Shown piece by piece: positions 54,435 through 63,050 of a DNA stretch of 64,000 nt (position 1 is the stretch's first letter; the number at the start of each line of letters is the position of its first letter). Both the position numbers and the translations under genes were made by a program. The notes under the pieces are model-generated. The model was not told the DNA's origin. It searched no databases and saw nothing but the letters and a program-made list of their open reading frames with translations. The stretch comes from Terriglobales bacterium. GTDB lineage: Bacteria; Acidobacteriota; Terriglobia; Terriglobales; Acidobacteriaceae. Location of the stretch: the NCBI GenBank assembly GCA_035937515.1, contig DASZHW010000156.1:4958-68957 (forward strand). The letters are read 5' to 3'.

Positions 54435-55604
54435 ATGCCAAAACCAGGCGGGATATTTGTGCCGGCATGGATCTTTTTTCTTCTTGTGACCAGCCTGGCG
54501 ACGGGAGCCGCAGCCCAGGCCAAACCTCGAGCGCGAGACCTGGGAGTTCCGTTTGACGGCACGCCCGGCCCATTCAATGCCATCACCGACGTCAAGGGCG
54601 TCGAAGTCGGACATACCACTCTGATTTCCGGCGAGGGCGCTCTCAAAGTGGGGGTCGGCCCGGTGCGCACCGGAGTCACCGCGATTCTGCCCCGAGGCAA
54701 GGATTCGCTCGACCCCGTATTCGCCGGATGGTTCGCTCTGAACGGCAACGGCGAGATGACTGGAACCGCCTGGCTGGAGGATTCCGGCTTCCTTGATGGA
54801 CCGGTGATGATCACCAATACCCACAGTGTGGGCGTGGTGCGCGATGCTGTGATCGCCTGGCGAGTGAAGCGCGCGCCGCCGGACTCCGAGGGCTATTCCT
54901 GGTCGCTGCCGGTCGTCGCCGAGACCGCGGACGACGACTTGAACGACATGAACGGATTTCACGTCAAGCCCGAGCACGTGGTCCATGCTCTGGACACCGC
55001 CACCGGCGGACCGGTTGAGGAAGGCAGCGTCGGCGGGGGCACGGGCATGGTCTGTAACGAGTTCAAAGGCGGGATCGGGAGCTCCTCCCGCGTGCTCGAC
55101 ACCAAGTCTGGCGGCTACACGGTAGGCGTGCTGGTGCAGTGCAATTACGGATACCGCAGCCAGCTGCGTATCGCGGGAGTTCCGGTCGGCCGGGAGATTT
55201 CCGAGCAAACGGTGAAGGGCGATGATATTGGATCCATCATTGTGGTCGTGGCCACGGACGCGCCGTTGATTCCGACGCAGCTCAAACGCGTGGCCAGGCG
55301 CGTGTCGCTTGGCTTGGGGCGAGACGGAAGCTTTTCCGGAGACGGTTCGGGGGACATTTTCATCGCGTTCTCCACCGCCAACCCCGGCGCCGCCACGCCG
55401 ACCGGCGTGCGCCAACTGACGATGCTCCCCAACCAGCGCCTCAATCCCATTTTTCTTGCCACCGTACAGGCCACGGAAGAAGCCGTGATCAATGCCATGG
55501 TGGCGGCAAAGACGATGAAGGGGATCAACGACTTCGAAGTCATCGGTCTTCCCCAGGACAAGTTGCGTGAAGTGCTGAAGAAGTACAACCGGCTGGTGAA
55601 GTAG
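54435..55604 (+). CDS. DmpA/P1 (S58) family aminopeptidase, secreted
   Basis: ITDVKGVEVGHTT start of the domain and GGGTGMVC autoprocessing-site region; GGAGGA SD before the internal ATG. Confidence 0.82.
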   Translation: MPKPGGIFVPAWIFFLLVTSLATGAAAQAKPRARDLGVPFDGTPGPFNAITDVKGVEVGHTTLISGEGALKVGVGPVRTGVTAILPRGKDSLDPVFAGWFALNGNGEMTGTAWLEDSGFLDGPVMITNTHSVGVVRDAVIAWRVKRAPPDSEGYSWSLPVVAETADDDLNDMNGFHVKPEHVVHALDTATGGPVEEGSVGGGTGMVCNEFKGGIGSSSRVLDTKSGGYTVGVLVQCNYGYRSQLRIAGVPVGREISEQTVKGDDIGSIIVVVATDAPLIPTQLKRVARRVSLGLGRDGSFSGDGSGDIFIAFSTANPGAATPTGVRQLTMLPNQRLNPIFLATVQATEEAVINAMVAAKTMKGINDFEVIGLPQDKLREVLKKYNRLVK

Positions 55605-55722
55605 CGTCTAGTGTGGCGCGGGCTCCCTCGCCCGCGAAGGCCGCGGAGCTTCGCCCGCCTGGACGAGTCCCCCCTCGACTCTCGCTCAGGATGGGCTTCG
55701 ACCCATCCCCACGCATTTTCTC

Positions 55723-56472
55723 TCAATAGATCGTGTATCCCGGCGCCGGTGTCCTCAGATCCGGTTTCGACGCCATCAGCAACAACGCTCCCATCTTCTT
55801 GAAGGCGCGCAGGTCTTGCAGACTATGGAAGGACTTCGTCTGATAGTCGTCCGGTGTGGGCGTGTCGTCGGGAATGCGGCGGGCTTCGACGTTCTCGAAA
55901 GCATGCTTCTGCAACAACTCCACATACTCCGCTTCAGAACGGACGTGGACGGGCACCTTAAGCTTATCCACCCATTGCAGCGAGTATGGATTGTCCTTGT
56001 ACAAATTGATCAGGATGAACAAACGCCCGTGCGGCGCCATGACCCGAAACAGCTCATTCAGCGTGCGATCCTGATCGGGATAGTAGTAAAACGATTCGAC
56101 CGACAAAACCTTGTCAAAGAAATTTTCCTCCCAGGGAATCTGCTGGGCCGATCCCCAGACGTACAGAATATTCTCGAAATCTTTGGACGCCGCGCGCGCC
56201 TGGCGCACCATTTCGTCGGAGACATCGAGGCCTACGACCTGGCCGAAACCTTCAGGGCCGTCGCCCACCAGCCGCGACAGCAGCCGTGTGGCCCAGCCCG
56301 AGCCGCATCCCAGATCGAGCACACGTTCGCCCGGGCGGAGATCCATCAGCCGCAGGGTTTTCTCAGTGATATCGAGATGATGGTTCTCCATCTTCTCGCC
56401 TTCACCGGCCAGCGCCCAGCGATTGAATTCCAGTTGCAGCTTCTCATCGGGGGTCTGGGGTTTCTCGGGCAA
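55723..56472 (-). CDS. class I SAM-dependent methyltransferase
   Basis: VLDLGCGSGW motif I. TTG start, uncertain. Confidence 0.82.
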   Translation of the reverse strand: MPEKPQTPDEKLQLEFNRWALAGEGEKMENHHLDITEKTLRLMDLRPGERVLDLGCGSGWATRLLSRLVGDGPEGFGQVVGLDVSDEMVRQARAASKDFENILYVWGSAQQIPWEENFFDKVLSVESFYYYPDQDRTLNELFRVMAPHGRLFILINLYKDNPYSLQWVDKLKVPVHVRSEAEYVELLQKHAFENVEARRIPDDTPTPDDYQTKSFHSLQDLRAFKKMGALLLMASKPDLRTPAPGYTIY

Positions 56473-56473
56473 C

Positions 56474-56557
56474 CTGGGCTCCCTCGTGGACCTTGGTTTC
56501 CTTCGTGGTTTGCGCCTTTGATTTTATAACCACCCAGGTCACGAAGGGACACGAAGG
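56474..56557. repeat. CCTTCGTGG-type hairpin (…CCCTCGTGGACCTTGGTTTCCTTCGTGGTT - loop - AACCACCCAGGTCACGAAGGGACACGAAGG)
   Basis: About 30-nt arms with 10-nt periodicity, complementary by eye; lies in the divergent region between the methyltransferase and the small Cys-rich ORF. Confidence 0.8.
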
Positions 56558-56578
56558 TATGCTACAGTCTTGCTCCTG

Positions 56579-56731
56579 ATGGCGGACCCTCAGCCCAAGC
56601 CTGAGCCACTCTACTGTCCTAACTGCGCCAGGGAAACCACCGATCCGCTGACTTGCGGCGATTGCTCAGCCGTCATTTGCCGCAACTGTGGCACACCCCT
56701 GGAATCGCCGGACGAATTGGGGATGGGATAA
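56579..56731 (+). CDS. possible 50-aa zinc-ribbon peptide (not in ORF track)
   Basis: MADPQPKPEPLYCPNCARETTDPLTCGDCSAVICRNCGTPLESPDELGMG has three CxxC pairs. Third-position GC about 68% by my count. Ends 6 nt before the permease ATG; no clear SD. Confidence 0.4.
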   Translation: MADPQPKPEPLYCPNCARETTDPLTCGDCSAVICRNCGTPLESPDELGMG

Positions 56732-56737
56732 CTGCTC

Positions 56738-58159
56738 ATGAGCCTGCCGCCGGTTTCGCCCCCCTCCGCCGCGAACTCTGATTCCCGGCCCAGTCTGGTT
56801 CGCGGACTTTCGCTTTTGGACTCCGTCCTGCTCCTGGTCAGCGGCATCATTGGCTCTTCGATTTTTCTTACCGCCAAAGATATTGCCGGCCCGCTGCCGC
56901 AACCGATGCTGTTCCTGCTGGTCTGGGTCCTGGGCGCAGTGATTTCCCTGTTCGGTTGCGTTGCTTTCGCCGAACTCGGCTCCATGTTCCCCGATTCCGG
57001 CGGCCAATATGTCTATCTGCGTGAAGCCTACGGCGACCTTCCCGCATTTCTCTATGGCTGGATGCTGTTCAGCGTGGCCAACGGCGGCACCATCGCCGCC
57101 CTCTGTGTGGCCTCGGCGGCTTACATGGGGCAAATCATACCTGTGATCTCCCGGGAACACGTCGTGCTCTCGCTGGCGGGCGTCACCGTCACTCGCGCTC
57201 ACGTTGTGGGTTTGTTCCTGATCGCCTTAGTCACCTACGTCAATGTGGTCGGACTGCGTTGGGGAAAACTGCTGCAGAACGTATCCACCTGGACCAAGTT
57301 TGGCGCCATGGCGGCTTTCGTGGTGCTGGGATTTGCCATCGGCAAAGGCAGTTGGACGAACTTCAGCGGACATGGTGTCGGCCTGACCATGGGCCTGGGG
57401 CCGGCACAATTTATTTCTGCCCTGGGCGTGGGCCTGATTGCAGTTTTCTGGGCCTATGACGGATGGGTCTACATCACCTGGGTCGCAGGCGAGGTCAAGG
57501 AGCCGCGCCGTAACGTTCCCCGCGCCATGGTACTGGGCATCCTGGTCGTCGGCGTCATTTACATGGCCATGAACGTAACTTACGTTTACGCCATGCCGTT
57601 GAGCGAAATCGCCACGCACGAGACCATCGCTCACGCTGCCGCTGCCGCACTGTTTTCCCCGCACGCCGCTCTCTGGCTCTCCGCTACCATTGCCGTCTCC
57701 TGCTTCAGTGCCGCCGCCACCTGCACGCTCTCGGGGGCGCGGGTTTGTCTGGCCATGGCCCAGGACGGCGCCTTTTTTCCGCGCATGGCGGAAATCCATC
57801 CCAAGTGGCGCACTCCCGCGTTCGGCCTGATCGGCCTGGGAATCTGGGCGGCAGTTCTGGCGTTGAGCGGACGCTATGACCAGCTTTACACCTACGTTAT
57901 CTATGGCATGGTGCTGTCGTACACGCTCACTGTGATTGGCCTGTTTGTCCTCCGCTGGAAGCGGCCCGACATTCCGCGCCCGTACCGCTGTGCGGGATAT
58001 CCCTGGCTGCCGGGGATCTATGTACTGGTCGGGAGCGCGTGGACGCTGAATACGATCCTCACCCGGCCGACCGAGGCTTTCTGGGGCACTGCGATCATTC
58101 TGCTCGGCGTGCCCGGCTATTTGTATTGGAAACGAAAACGCCGGAAAGAAATCACGTAG
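56738..58159 (+). CDS. APC-superfamily amino acid permease
   Basis: 12-TM pattern; SGIIGSSIFL and FAELGSMFPDSGGQYVY motifs. Confidence 0.9.
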   Translation: MSLPPVSPPSAANSDSRPSLVRGLSLLDSVLLLVSGIIGSSIFLTAKDIAGPLPQPMLFLLVWVLGAVISLFGCVAFAELGSMFPDSGGQYVYLREAYGDLPAFLYGWMLFSVANGGTIAALCVASAAYMGQIIPVISREHVVLSLAGVTVTRAHVVGLFLIALVTYVNVVGLRWGKLLQNVSTWTKFGAMAAFVVLGFAIGKGSWTNFSGHGVGLTMGLGPAQFISALGVGLIAVFWAYDGWVYITWVAGEVKEPRRNVPRAMVLGILVVGVIYMAMNVTYVYAMPLSEIATHETIAHAAAAALFSPHAALWLSATIAVSCFSAAATCTLSGARVCLAMAQDGAFFPRMAEIHPKWRTPAFGLIGLGIWAAVLALSGRYDQLYTYVIYGMVLSYTLTVIGLFVLRWKRPDIPRPYRCAGYPWLPGIYVLVGSAWTLNTILTRPTEAFWGTAIILLGVPGYLYWKRKRRKEIT

Positions 58160-58178
58160 CCCGGGTACCTCCGCATCC

Positions 58179-58241
58179 CCTGTGTCCTCCGTGGTCAGGC
58201 CGGCGGACTTTGGATTCACCACGGAGTACGCGGAGGACAGG
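58179..58241. repeat. CCTCCGTGG-type hairpin (CCTGTGTCCTCCGTGGT ... ACCACGGAG-tacgc-GGAGGACAGG) overlapping the SD of the second permease
   Basis: Arms read directly. GGAGGA at 58232-58237 lies 8 nt before ATG 58246. Confidence 0.85.
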
Positions 58242-58245
58242 GAGA

Positions 58246-59736
58246 ATGTCCCAGTCAAAACCCGTTCCCGGCCAACCTGTTCCCGGCCAACCTGGAAATA
58301 TCAACTCCCTCTCCTCTGCCGTTGTGGCCGGCAATGCTGAGGCTCCCAACCAACCCAAGCGCGTCCTGGGCTTTCGCGATCTGGTGCTGTTCTACGTAGT
58401 TACCGGCATCAGCCTGCGTTGGATCGCAACCGCGGCGGCCGCTGGGCCCAGCTCGATCGTGATCTGGATCGGAGCCTGGCTGGTTTTTTATATCCCGCTG
58501 GCTTTTTCCGTCGTGGAACTGTCGTCGCGCTATCCCGACGAGGGCGGGCTTTATGTCTGGAGCAAGAAAGCGTTCGGCGATTTTTCCGGATTCATGTCGG
58601 CGTGGGCTTACTGGACCAGCAATCTGCCTTACTTCCCTGCCGTACTTTATTTCGCCGCCAGCAATGTCATTTTCATGCGGCAGAGCGCTTGGGGGCATCT
58701 CTCGAACGACGCCGCCTTCTACATTATTTTTTCGCTGCTCGCCTTGACCCTGGCGACGGTAGTGAACGTGGTCGGTCTGGACGTCGGCAAGTGGTTGCAC
58801 AACCTGGGCGCGATCGCGATGTGGGTTCCGGCGGTGATCGTGATTGTGATGGGTGGAATCGCGTGGCACCGCTTTGGTTCGGCGAACGCATTCACCTTGC
58901 ACACCATGACACCCAGCATTCACTTCAAGGACATTATTTTCTGGTCTTTGCTGGTGTTCGCCTTCGGAGGATGTGAAACCGGTTCATTCCTGGGTGGCGA
59001 GATCAAGAATCCGCGGCGCACTATTCCGTGGGCGGTGTTCGCGGCGGGCGTAACCGTGGCATTTTGCTACATCATCGGAACTGTGGGTGTGCTGGTGGCG
59101 CTGCCATCCGGAGAGGTCAGCAACCTGCAAGGCTTGGTCCAGGCAATCGCCAAGACGGTCGAGCGGGTTGGATATTACTGGACGCTGCCGTTGGCGGCGT
59201 TTCTGATTGCCCTGAGCAATGTCGGCGCGGCCGCCGCCTATCTGGCCGCGGTGGCCCGGTTGCCATTCGTTGCCGGCATTGACCATTTTCTGCCGCCGGC
59301 GTTCGGCATGCTGCATCCGCGCTGGAAAACTCCGTGGGTCTCGCTGCTCATACAATATTTTGTCGGGATACTGTTCATCTTTCTCGGACAAGCCGGAACC
59401 AGCGTGAAAGGCGCCTATGACGTACTAGCCAGCATGACCGTGATTACCTACTTCATTCCCTACTTGTACGTATTTGGCGCCATGATCAAATTGCAGCGCG
59501 AGCCCGCAGGGCCGGAGGTAATCCGGGTTCCAGGGGGAAAGCCTGTGGCCTTCTCGATCTCCGTGATCGGTCTGCTCACCACCACCGCCACAATCCTGCT
59601 GTCTGTCGTGCCTCCTGCGGATGACCCTAACAAGCCGCTGGCGGTGTTGAAGATTGTGGGAGGCACGGCAGTGCTGATGGCTGCGGGAGGGTGGATTTAT
59701 TGGGCGGGAAAGAGAAGAGCTGCACGCTCTTCGTAG
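58246..59736 (+). CDS. APC-superfamily amino acid permease (second paralog type)
   Basis: 12-TM pattern; ELSSRYPDEGGLYVW motif. Start set at MSQSKPV after the GGAGGA SD. Confidence 0.9.
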   Translation: MSQSKPVPGQPVPGQPGNINSLSSAVVAGNAEAPNQPKRVLGFRDLVLFYVVTGISLRWIATAAAAGPSSIVIWIGAWLVFYIPLAFSVVELSSRYPDEGGLYVWSKKAFGDFSGFMSAWAYWTSNLPYFPAVLYFAASNVIFMRQSAWGHLSNDAAFYIIFSLLALTLATVVNVVGLDVGKWLHNLGAIAMWVPAVIVIVMGGIAWHRFGSANAFTLHTMTPSIHFKDIIFWSLLVFAFGGCETGSFLGGEIKNPRRTIPWAVFAAGVTVAFCYIIGTVGVLVALPSGEVSNLQGLVQAIAKTVERVGYYWTLPLAAFLIALSNVGAAAAYLAAVARLPFVAGIDHFLPPAFGMLHPRWKTPWVSLLIQYFVGILFIFLGQAGTSVKGAYDVLASMTVITYFIPYLYVFGAMIKLQREPAGPEVIRVPGGKPVAFSISVIGLLTTTATILLSVVPPADDPNKPLAVLKIVGGTAVLMAAGGWIYWAGKRRAARSS

Positions 59737-59805
59737 CGCCGGCCTCTGGCCGGCTGTCTGGCAGGCGTCCCGCCCGCCCATCGGGCCGCCGGGACGGCGG
59801 CGCTA
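59737..59805. repeat. GC-rich nested hairpins between convergent genes (GCCGGC-ctct-GGCCGGC; CGTCCCG...CGGGACG)
   Basis: Read directly; no U tract. Confidence 0.6.
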
Positions 59806-61005
59806 CTAAACCGGCGTCGCCGTCTTTCTCTCCGGATTGAAGAACGGCAGCTTTACGATCTTTGCCGTCACCTGCTGCCGGATCGCCTCGATGGTGATTT
59901 CCATCTGTAGCTTCGTCCCAATCTGTGAGTGAGCTGTGTCCACGCTGGCGAGCGCGATCATCTTTTTCAGCACCGGCGACCATGTGGTGGTCGTTGCCTT
60001 GCCGACCTGCTTGTCGTCCAGATAAACGGGAACCGCCACGCGCGAGGCCTGGCTGGGGGCTGCGGGCGTGAGGCCGAACTTCTCGTAGCGCTCTTCCACC
60101 TCGGTCCAATCGATTTCCAGCCCAACAAACTGCCGCGGCACGCCGTGTGCCTGGTCCTTTGCCAGCGCGGCTCGGCCAATAAAGTTCTCTTTCTCCAGGT
60201 GGACCATCTTGCCGAAGCCCAGCTCGTAGGGTGAATATTTCTGCGACGAGATCAGCGCCTTTTTGCTGCTGGTGTAATCCACCTCGATCAGCAACAATCC
60301 GGCCTCGACCCGGGCCACATCCAGCGCCAGCATCCCCGCGGCGTGGATATCGAACTGCTTGCCCTTGTCCATCAGGGTGTCCCACACCTTCACCGCGTCG
60401 CTCCACGGAACCCAGATTTCATAACCCAGGTCGCCGGTGTATCCGGTGCGGGAGATGTCCACGAACACATTGCCGATCTTGCCGCGGGTCACGCGGAAGT
60501 ATTTGAGATTGGCGATGTCGGCAGCCTCCGCAACCGATTTCAGCAACTTGCCAGAAGTCGGCCCCTGCAACGCCAAGGCGGCTACTTTCTCGGAAATATC
60601 TTCCACCTGCACATCCATGTTCAGGCCGTTCTGGCGGAACCAGCGCAGGCTGGGATCAGCGGCCGTCCAGCGATACCTGCTGTCTTCGAGCCGCGTAATT
60701 GTGCCGTCGTCGATGACCTTGCCCTGCTCGTCGCACCAGCAGCAGTAAATCACCTGACCGACTCTCACCTTGGTGATATCGCGCGTGATCACGCGGTTCA
60801 CCAGTTTGGTGGCGTCTTTGCCGGTGATCAGATACTTGTAGAGCGGCGTAATGTCGATCAGGGCGCAAGCATTGCGGATGGCGTTGTACTCGTGCTCGTG
60901 ATGCACTTCGTACACGCTGACGGCGTAATACCCCGACCATTCGCGGTAGTTCAGGCTCTGGCACAGGGCGAAAGTTCTTTCGTGAAAGGCGGTTCCGACG
61001 GGCAA
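59806..61005 (-). CDS. aminomethyltransferase (GcvT) family folate-binding protein
   Basis: GcvT-like N-terminal and C-terminal barrel; ALIDITPLYKY, ALALQGP and GYTGDLGYEIW motifs. Confidence 0.82.
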   Translation of the reverse strand: MPVGTAFHERTFALCQSLNYREWSGYYAVSVYEVHHEHEYNAIRNACALIDITPLYKYLITGKDATKLVNRVITRDITKVRVGQVIYCCWCDEQGKVIDDGTITRLEDSRYRWTAADPSLRWFRQNGLNMDVQVEDISEKVAALALQGPTSGKLLKSVAEAADIANLKYFRVTRGKIGNVFVDISRTGYTGDLGYEIWVPWSDAVKVWDTLMDKGKQFDIHAAGMLALDVARVEAGLLLIEVDYTSSKKALISSQKYSPYELGFGKMVHLEKENFIGRAALAKDQAHGVPRQFVGLEIDWTEVEERYEKFGLTPAAPSQASRVAVPVYLDDKQVGKATTTTWSPVLKKMIALASVDTAHSQIGTKLQMEITIEAIRQQVTAKIVKLPFFNPERKTATPV

Positions 61006-61103
61006 GGTGGTTTCCTCGGGAAGAAGGCTGTCGCAAGTGGATTATAAGCAGCGTTGGTGCGCTGACGCCAGTGCTCCGATGACTGCTGGTCACGAGGGTC
61101 TGC

Positions 61104-61203
61104 TTTTCTTTGCGACGTTTGCGGTGCCTTTGCGAACTCTGCGGTCAAAAGCTCTCTCAACCGCAAAGGGCGCAAAGGAAATTCCGCCAAGAACGCAAAG
61201 AAC
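61104..61203. repeat. CTTTGCG-type 100-nt hairpin (TTCTTTGCGACGTTTGCGGTGCCTTTGCGAACTCTGCGGTC - loop - CAACCGCAAAGGGCGCAAAGGAAATTCCGCCAAGAACGCAAAGAAC)
   Basis: Arms complementary by eye, period about 10 nt; lies in the divergent region. Confidence 0.85.
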
Positions 61204-61433
61204 CCCGCCCACTCCGATGCCTGCAGACAAAACTTAGTCTTCCCGGTAGAATTGCGTTTCGTTTTACTATCGTTCAAACCATGACGTCACCCTGGAGCAT
61301 CATTCTTACCTGGACGGTTCTTCCCAGCGGGCTCTAGTCCGCGTTTCTTCGCTGCATTTCGGAAACTGTTAGAATCCTGGCAATCTTGCATAACAAGTGC
61401 TGTCCATTCACGGACTGAGAATCGAAAGCTGGC

Positions 61434-63032
61434 ATGCCGTCTAATTCCAAGTATGACGCGATCATCATCGGCGGGGGCCACAACGGCCTCACGACCGCCG
61501 CCTATCTGGCGCGGGCAGGGAAAAAAGTTCTGGTGCTGGAGCGTCGTCACGTGCTCGGCGGCGCCGCCGTCACCGAAGAGGTCTTTCCCGGATTCAAGTT
61601 CTCGGTGTGCTCCTACGTGGTCTCGCTGCTGCGCCCGGAGATCATTCGCGATCTCGATCTGCCCCGCCATGGCCTGGAAATCCTGCCGCTCGACGGCACG
61701 TTCACCCCCATGCCCAGCGGTGACTATCTATGGCGGGTCAACGATCACGGCAAGACGCATCGCGAGATTGCGCGGCACTCGAAAGTTGACGCCGAAGCGT
61801 ACGACGAATTCGGCAAGGCCATGCAGGCCATGTGCCGCTTCGTAAAGCCGATCCTGAGCATGGTGCCGCCGGACCCGGCCACGCTGAATCCGAAGGAACT
61901 GATGAAGCTCCTGTTCATCGGCCGTCGCTTTCAGGGCATGACCAGCGAGGACAAATACAACCAGGTGCAGTTGATGACGATGAGCGCCATCGACTTCCTG
62001 GATCAGTGGTTCGAGACGGATGTGCTCAAAGCGACGATGTCCGCTTCAGGCATCATCGGGACTTTCCTGGGCGTACGTTCGCCGGGAACCGCCTACGTTT
62101 TGCTCCATCACTACATGGGAGAAATTGATGGCGCCTTCCGTTCCTGGGGATTTGCCCGCGGAGGCACAGGCGCGATTTCCAACGCCATCGCCGATGCGGC
62201 CCGCGAAGCCGGAGCTGAAATCCGCACCAAGGCCGCCATCGCGCAGATCATCGTGAAGAATGGCAAAGCCAAGGGCGTGGTCCTCGCCGACGGCGACGAG
62301 ATCTACGCGGATATCATTTCTTCCAGCGTCGATCCCCGGCTGACCTTCACAAAACTGATCGAAGCCGGAACCCTCCCAGGCGAATTTCTGGAAGAAGTGA
62401 ACCGCTACAAATTTCGCGGATCGTCGGGCAAGGTAAACCTGGCTCTCGACGCGCTGCCGAATTTCAAGTGCATGCCGGGACCGGGCGCTCACCTGCGGGG
62501 AGCGATCTCGATTTCTCCCAGCGTCGAGTACATGGAGAAAGCGTATGACGACGCCAAGTACGGCAATTTCTCCCGTCGTCCCTACATTGACATGGTCATT
62601 CCCACGTTGACCGATCCTTCGGTCGCGCCCCCGGGCAAGCACATCATGTCCTGTTTCGTGCAGTACGCGCCTTACAAGCTGCGCCCGGGGCTCAATTGGG
62701 ACGAGCAGAAAGAAGCTTTTGGCGACAACGTGATCAACACCATCGCCGAATACGCCCCCAACATCAAGGACATCATCCTGCACCGCCAGGTGGTCACGCC
62801 GCTCGACCTGGAGCGCGAGTTCGGCCTGAGCGAAGGCAACATTTTCCAGGGAGAGCTCTCTCTGGAGCAGCTCTTCTTCCTGCGTCCGGTGCCGGGGTGG
62901 GCGCAATTCCGCACGCCGATCAAGAACCTTTACATGTGCGGATCCGCAACCCATCCCGGCGGCGGCATCATGGGCGGGCCTGGGCGCCTCGCGGCTCTCG
63001 AAATCCTCAAAGACTTCAAGGGAGCGGCCTAG
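61434..63032 (+). CDS. phytoene desaturase (CrtI)-family FAD-dependent oxidoreductase
   Basis: YDAIIIGGGHNGLTTAAYLARAGKKVLVLE dinucleotide fold; C-terminal GSATHPGGGIMG motif. Confidence 0.85.
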   Translation: MPSNSKYDAIIIGGGHNGLTTAAYLARAGKKVLVLERRHVLGGAAVTEEVFPGFKFSVCSYVVSLLRPEIIRDLDLPRHGLEILPLDGTFTPMPSGDYLWRVNDHGKTHREIARHSKVDAEAYDEFGKAMQAMCRFVKPILSMVPPDPATLNPKELMKLLFIGRRFQGMTSEDKYNQVQLMTMSAIDFLDQWFETDVLKATMSASGIIGTFLGVRSPGTAYVLLHHYMGEIDGAFRSWGFARGGTGAISNAIADAAREAGAEIRTKAAIAQIIVKNGKAKGVVLADGDEIYADIISSSVDPRLTFTKLIEAGTLPGEFLEEVNRYKFRGSSGKVNLALDALPNFKCMPGPGAHLRGAISISPSVEYMEKAYDDAKYGNFSRRPYIDMVIPTLTDPSVAPPGKHIMSCFVQYAPYKLRPGLNWDEQKEAFGDNVINTIAEYAPNIKDIILHRQVVTPLDLEREFGLSEGNIFQGELSLEQLFFLRPVPGWAQFRTPIKNLYMCGSATHPGGGIMGGPGRLAALEILKDFKGAA

Positions 63033-63050
63033 GTGGCGGATAGAAAGACC

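Noticed and set aside
61006-61433. Looked for a glycine riboswitch or other known leader upstream of the GcvT-like gene
   Set aside because: I could not find the conserved glycine-aptamer core sequences. The region is instead occupied by the CTTTGCG hairpin repeat. An Infernal/Rfam scan would be decisive.
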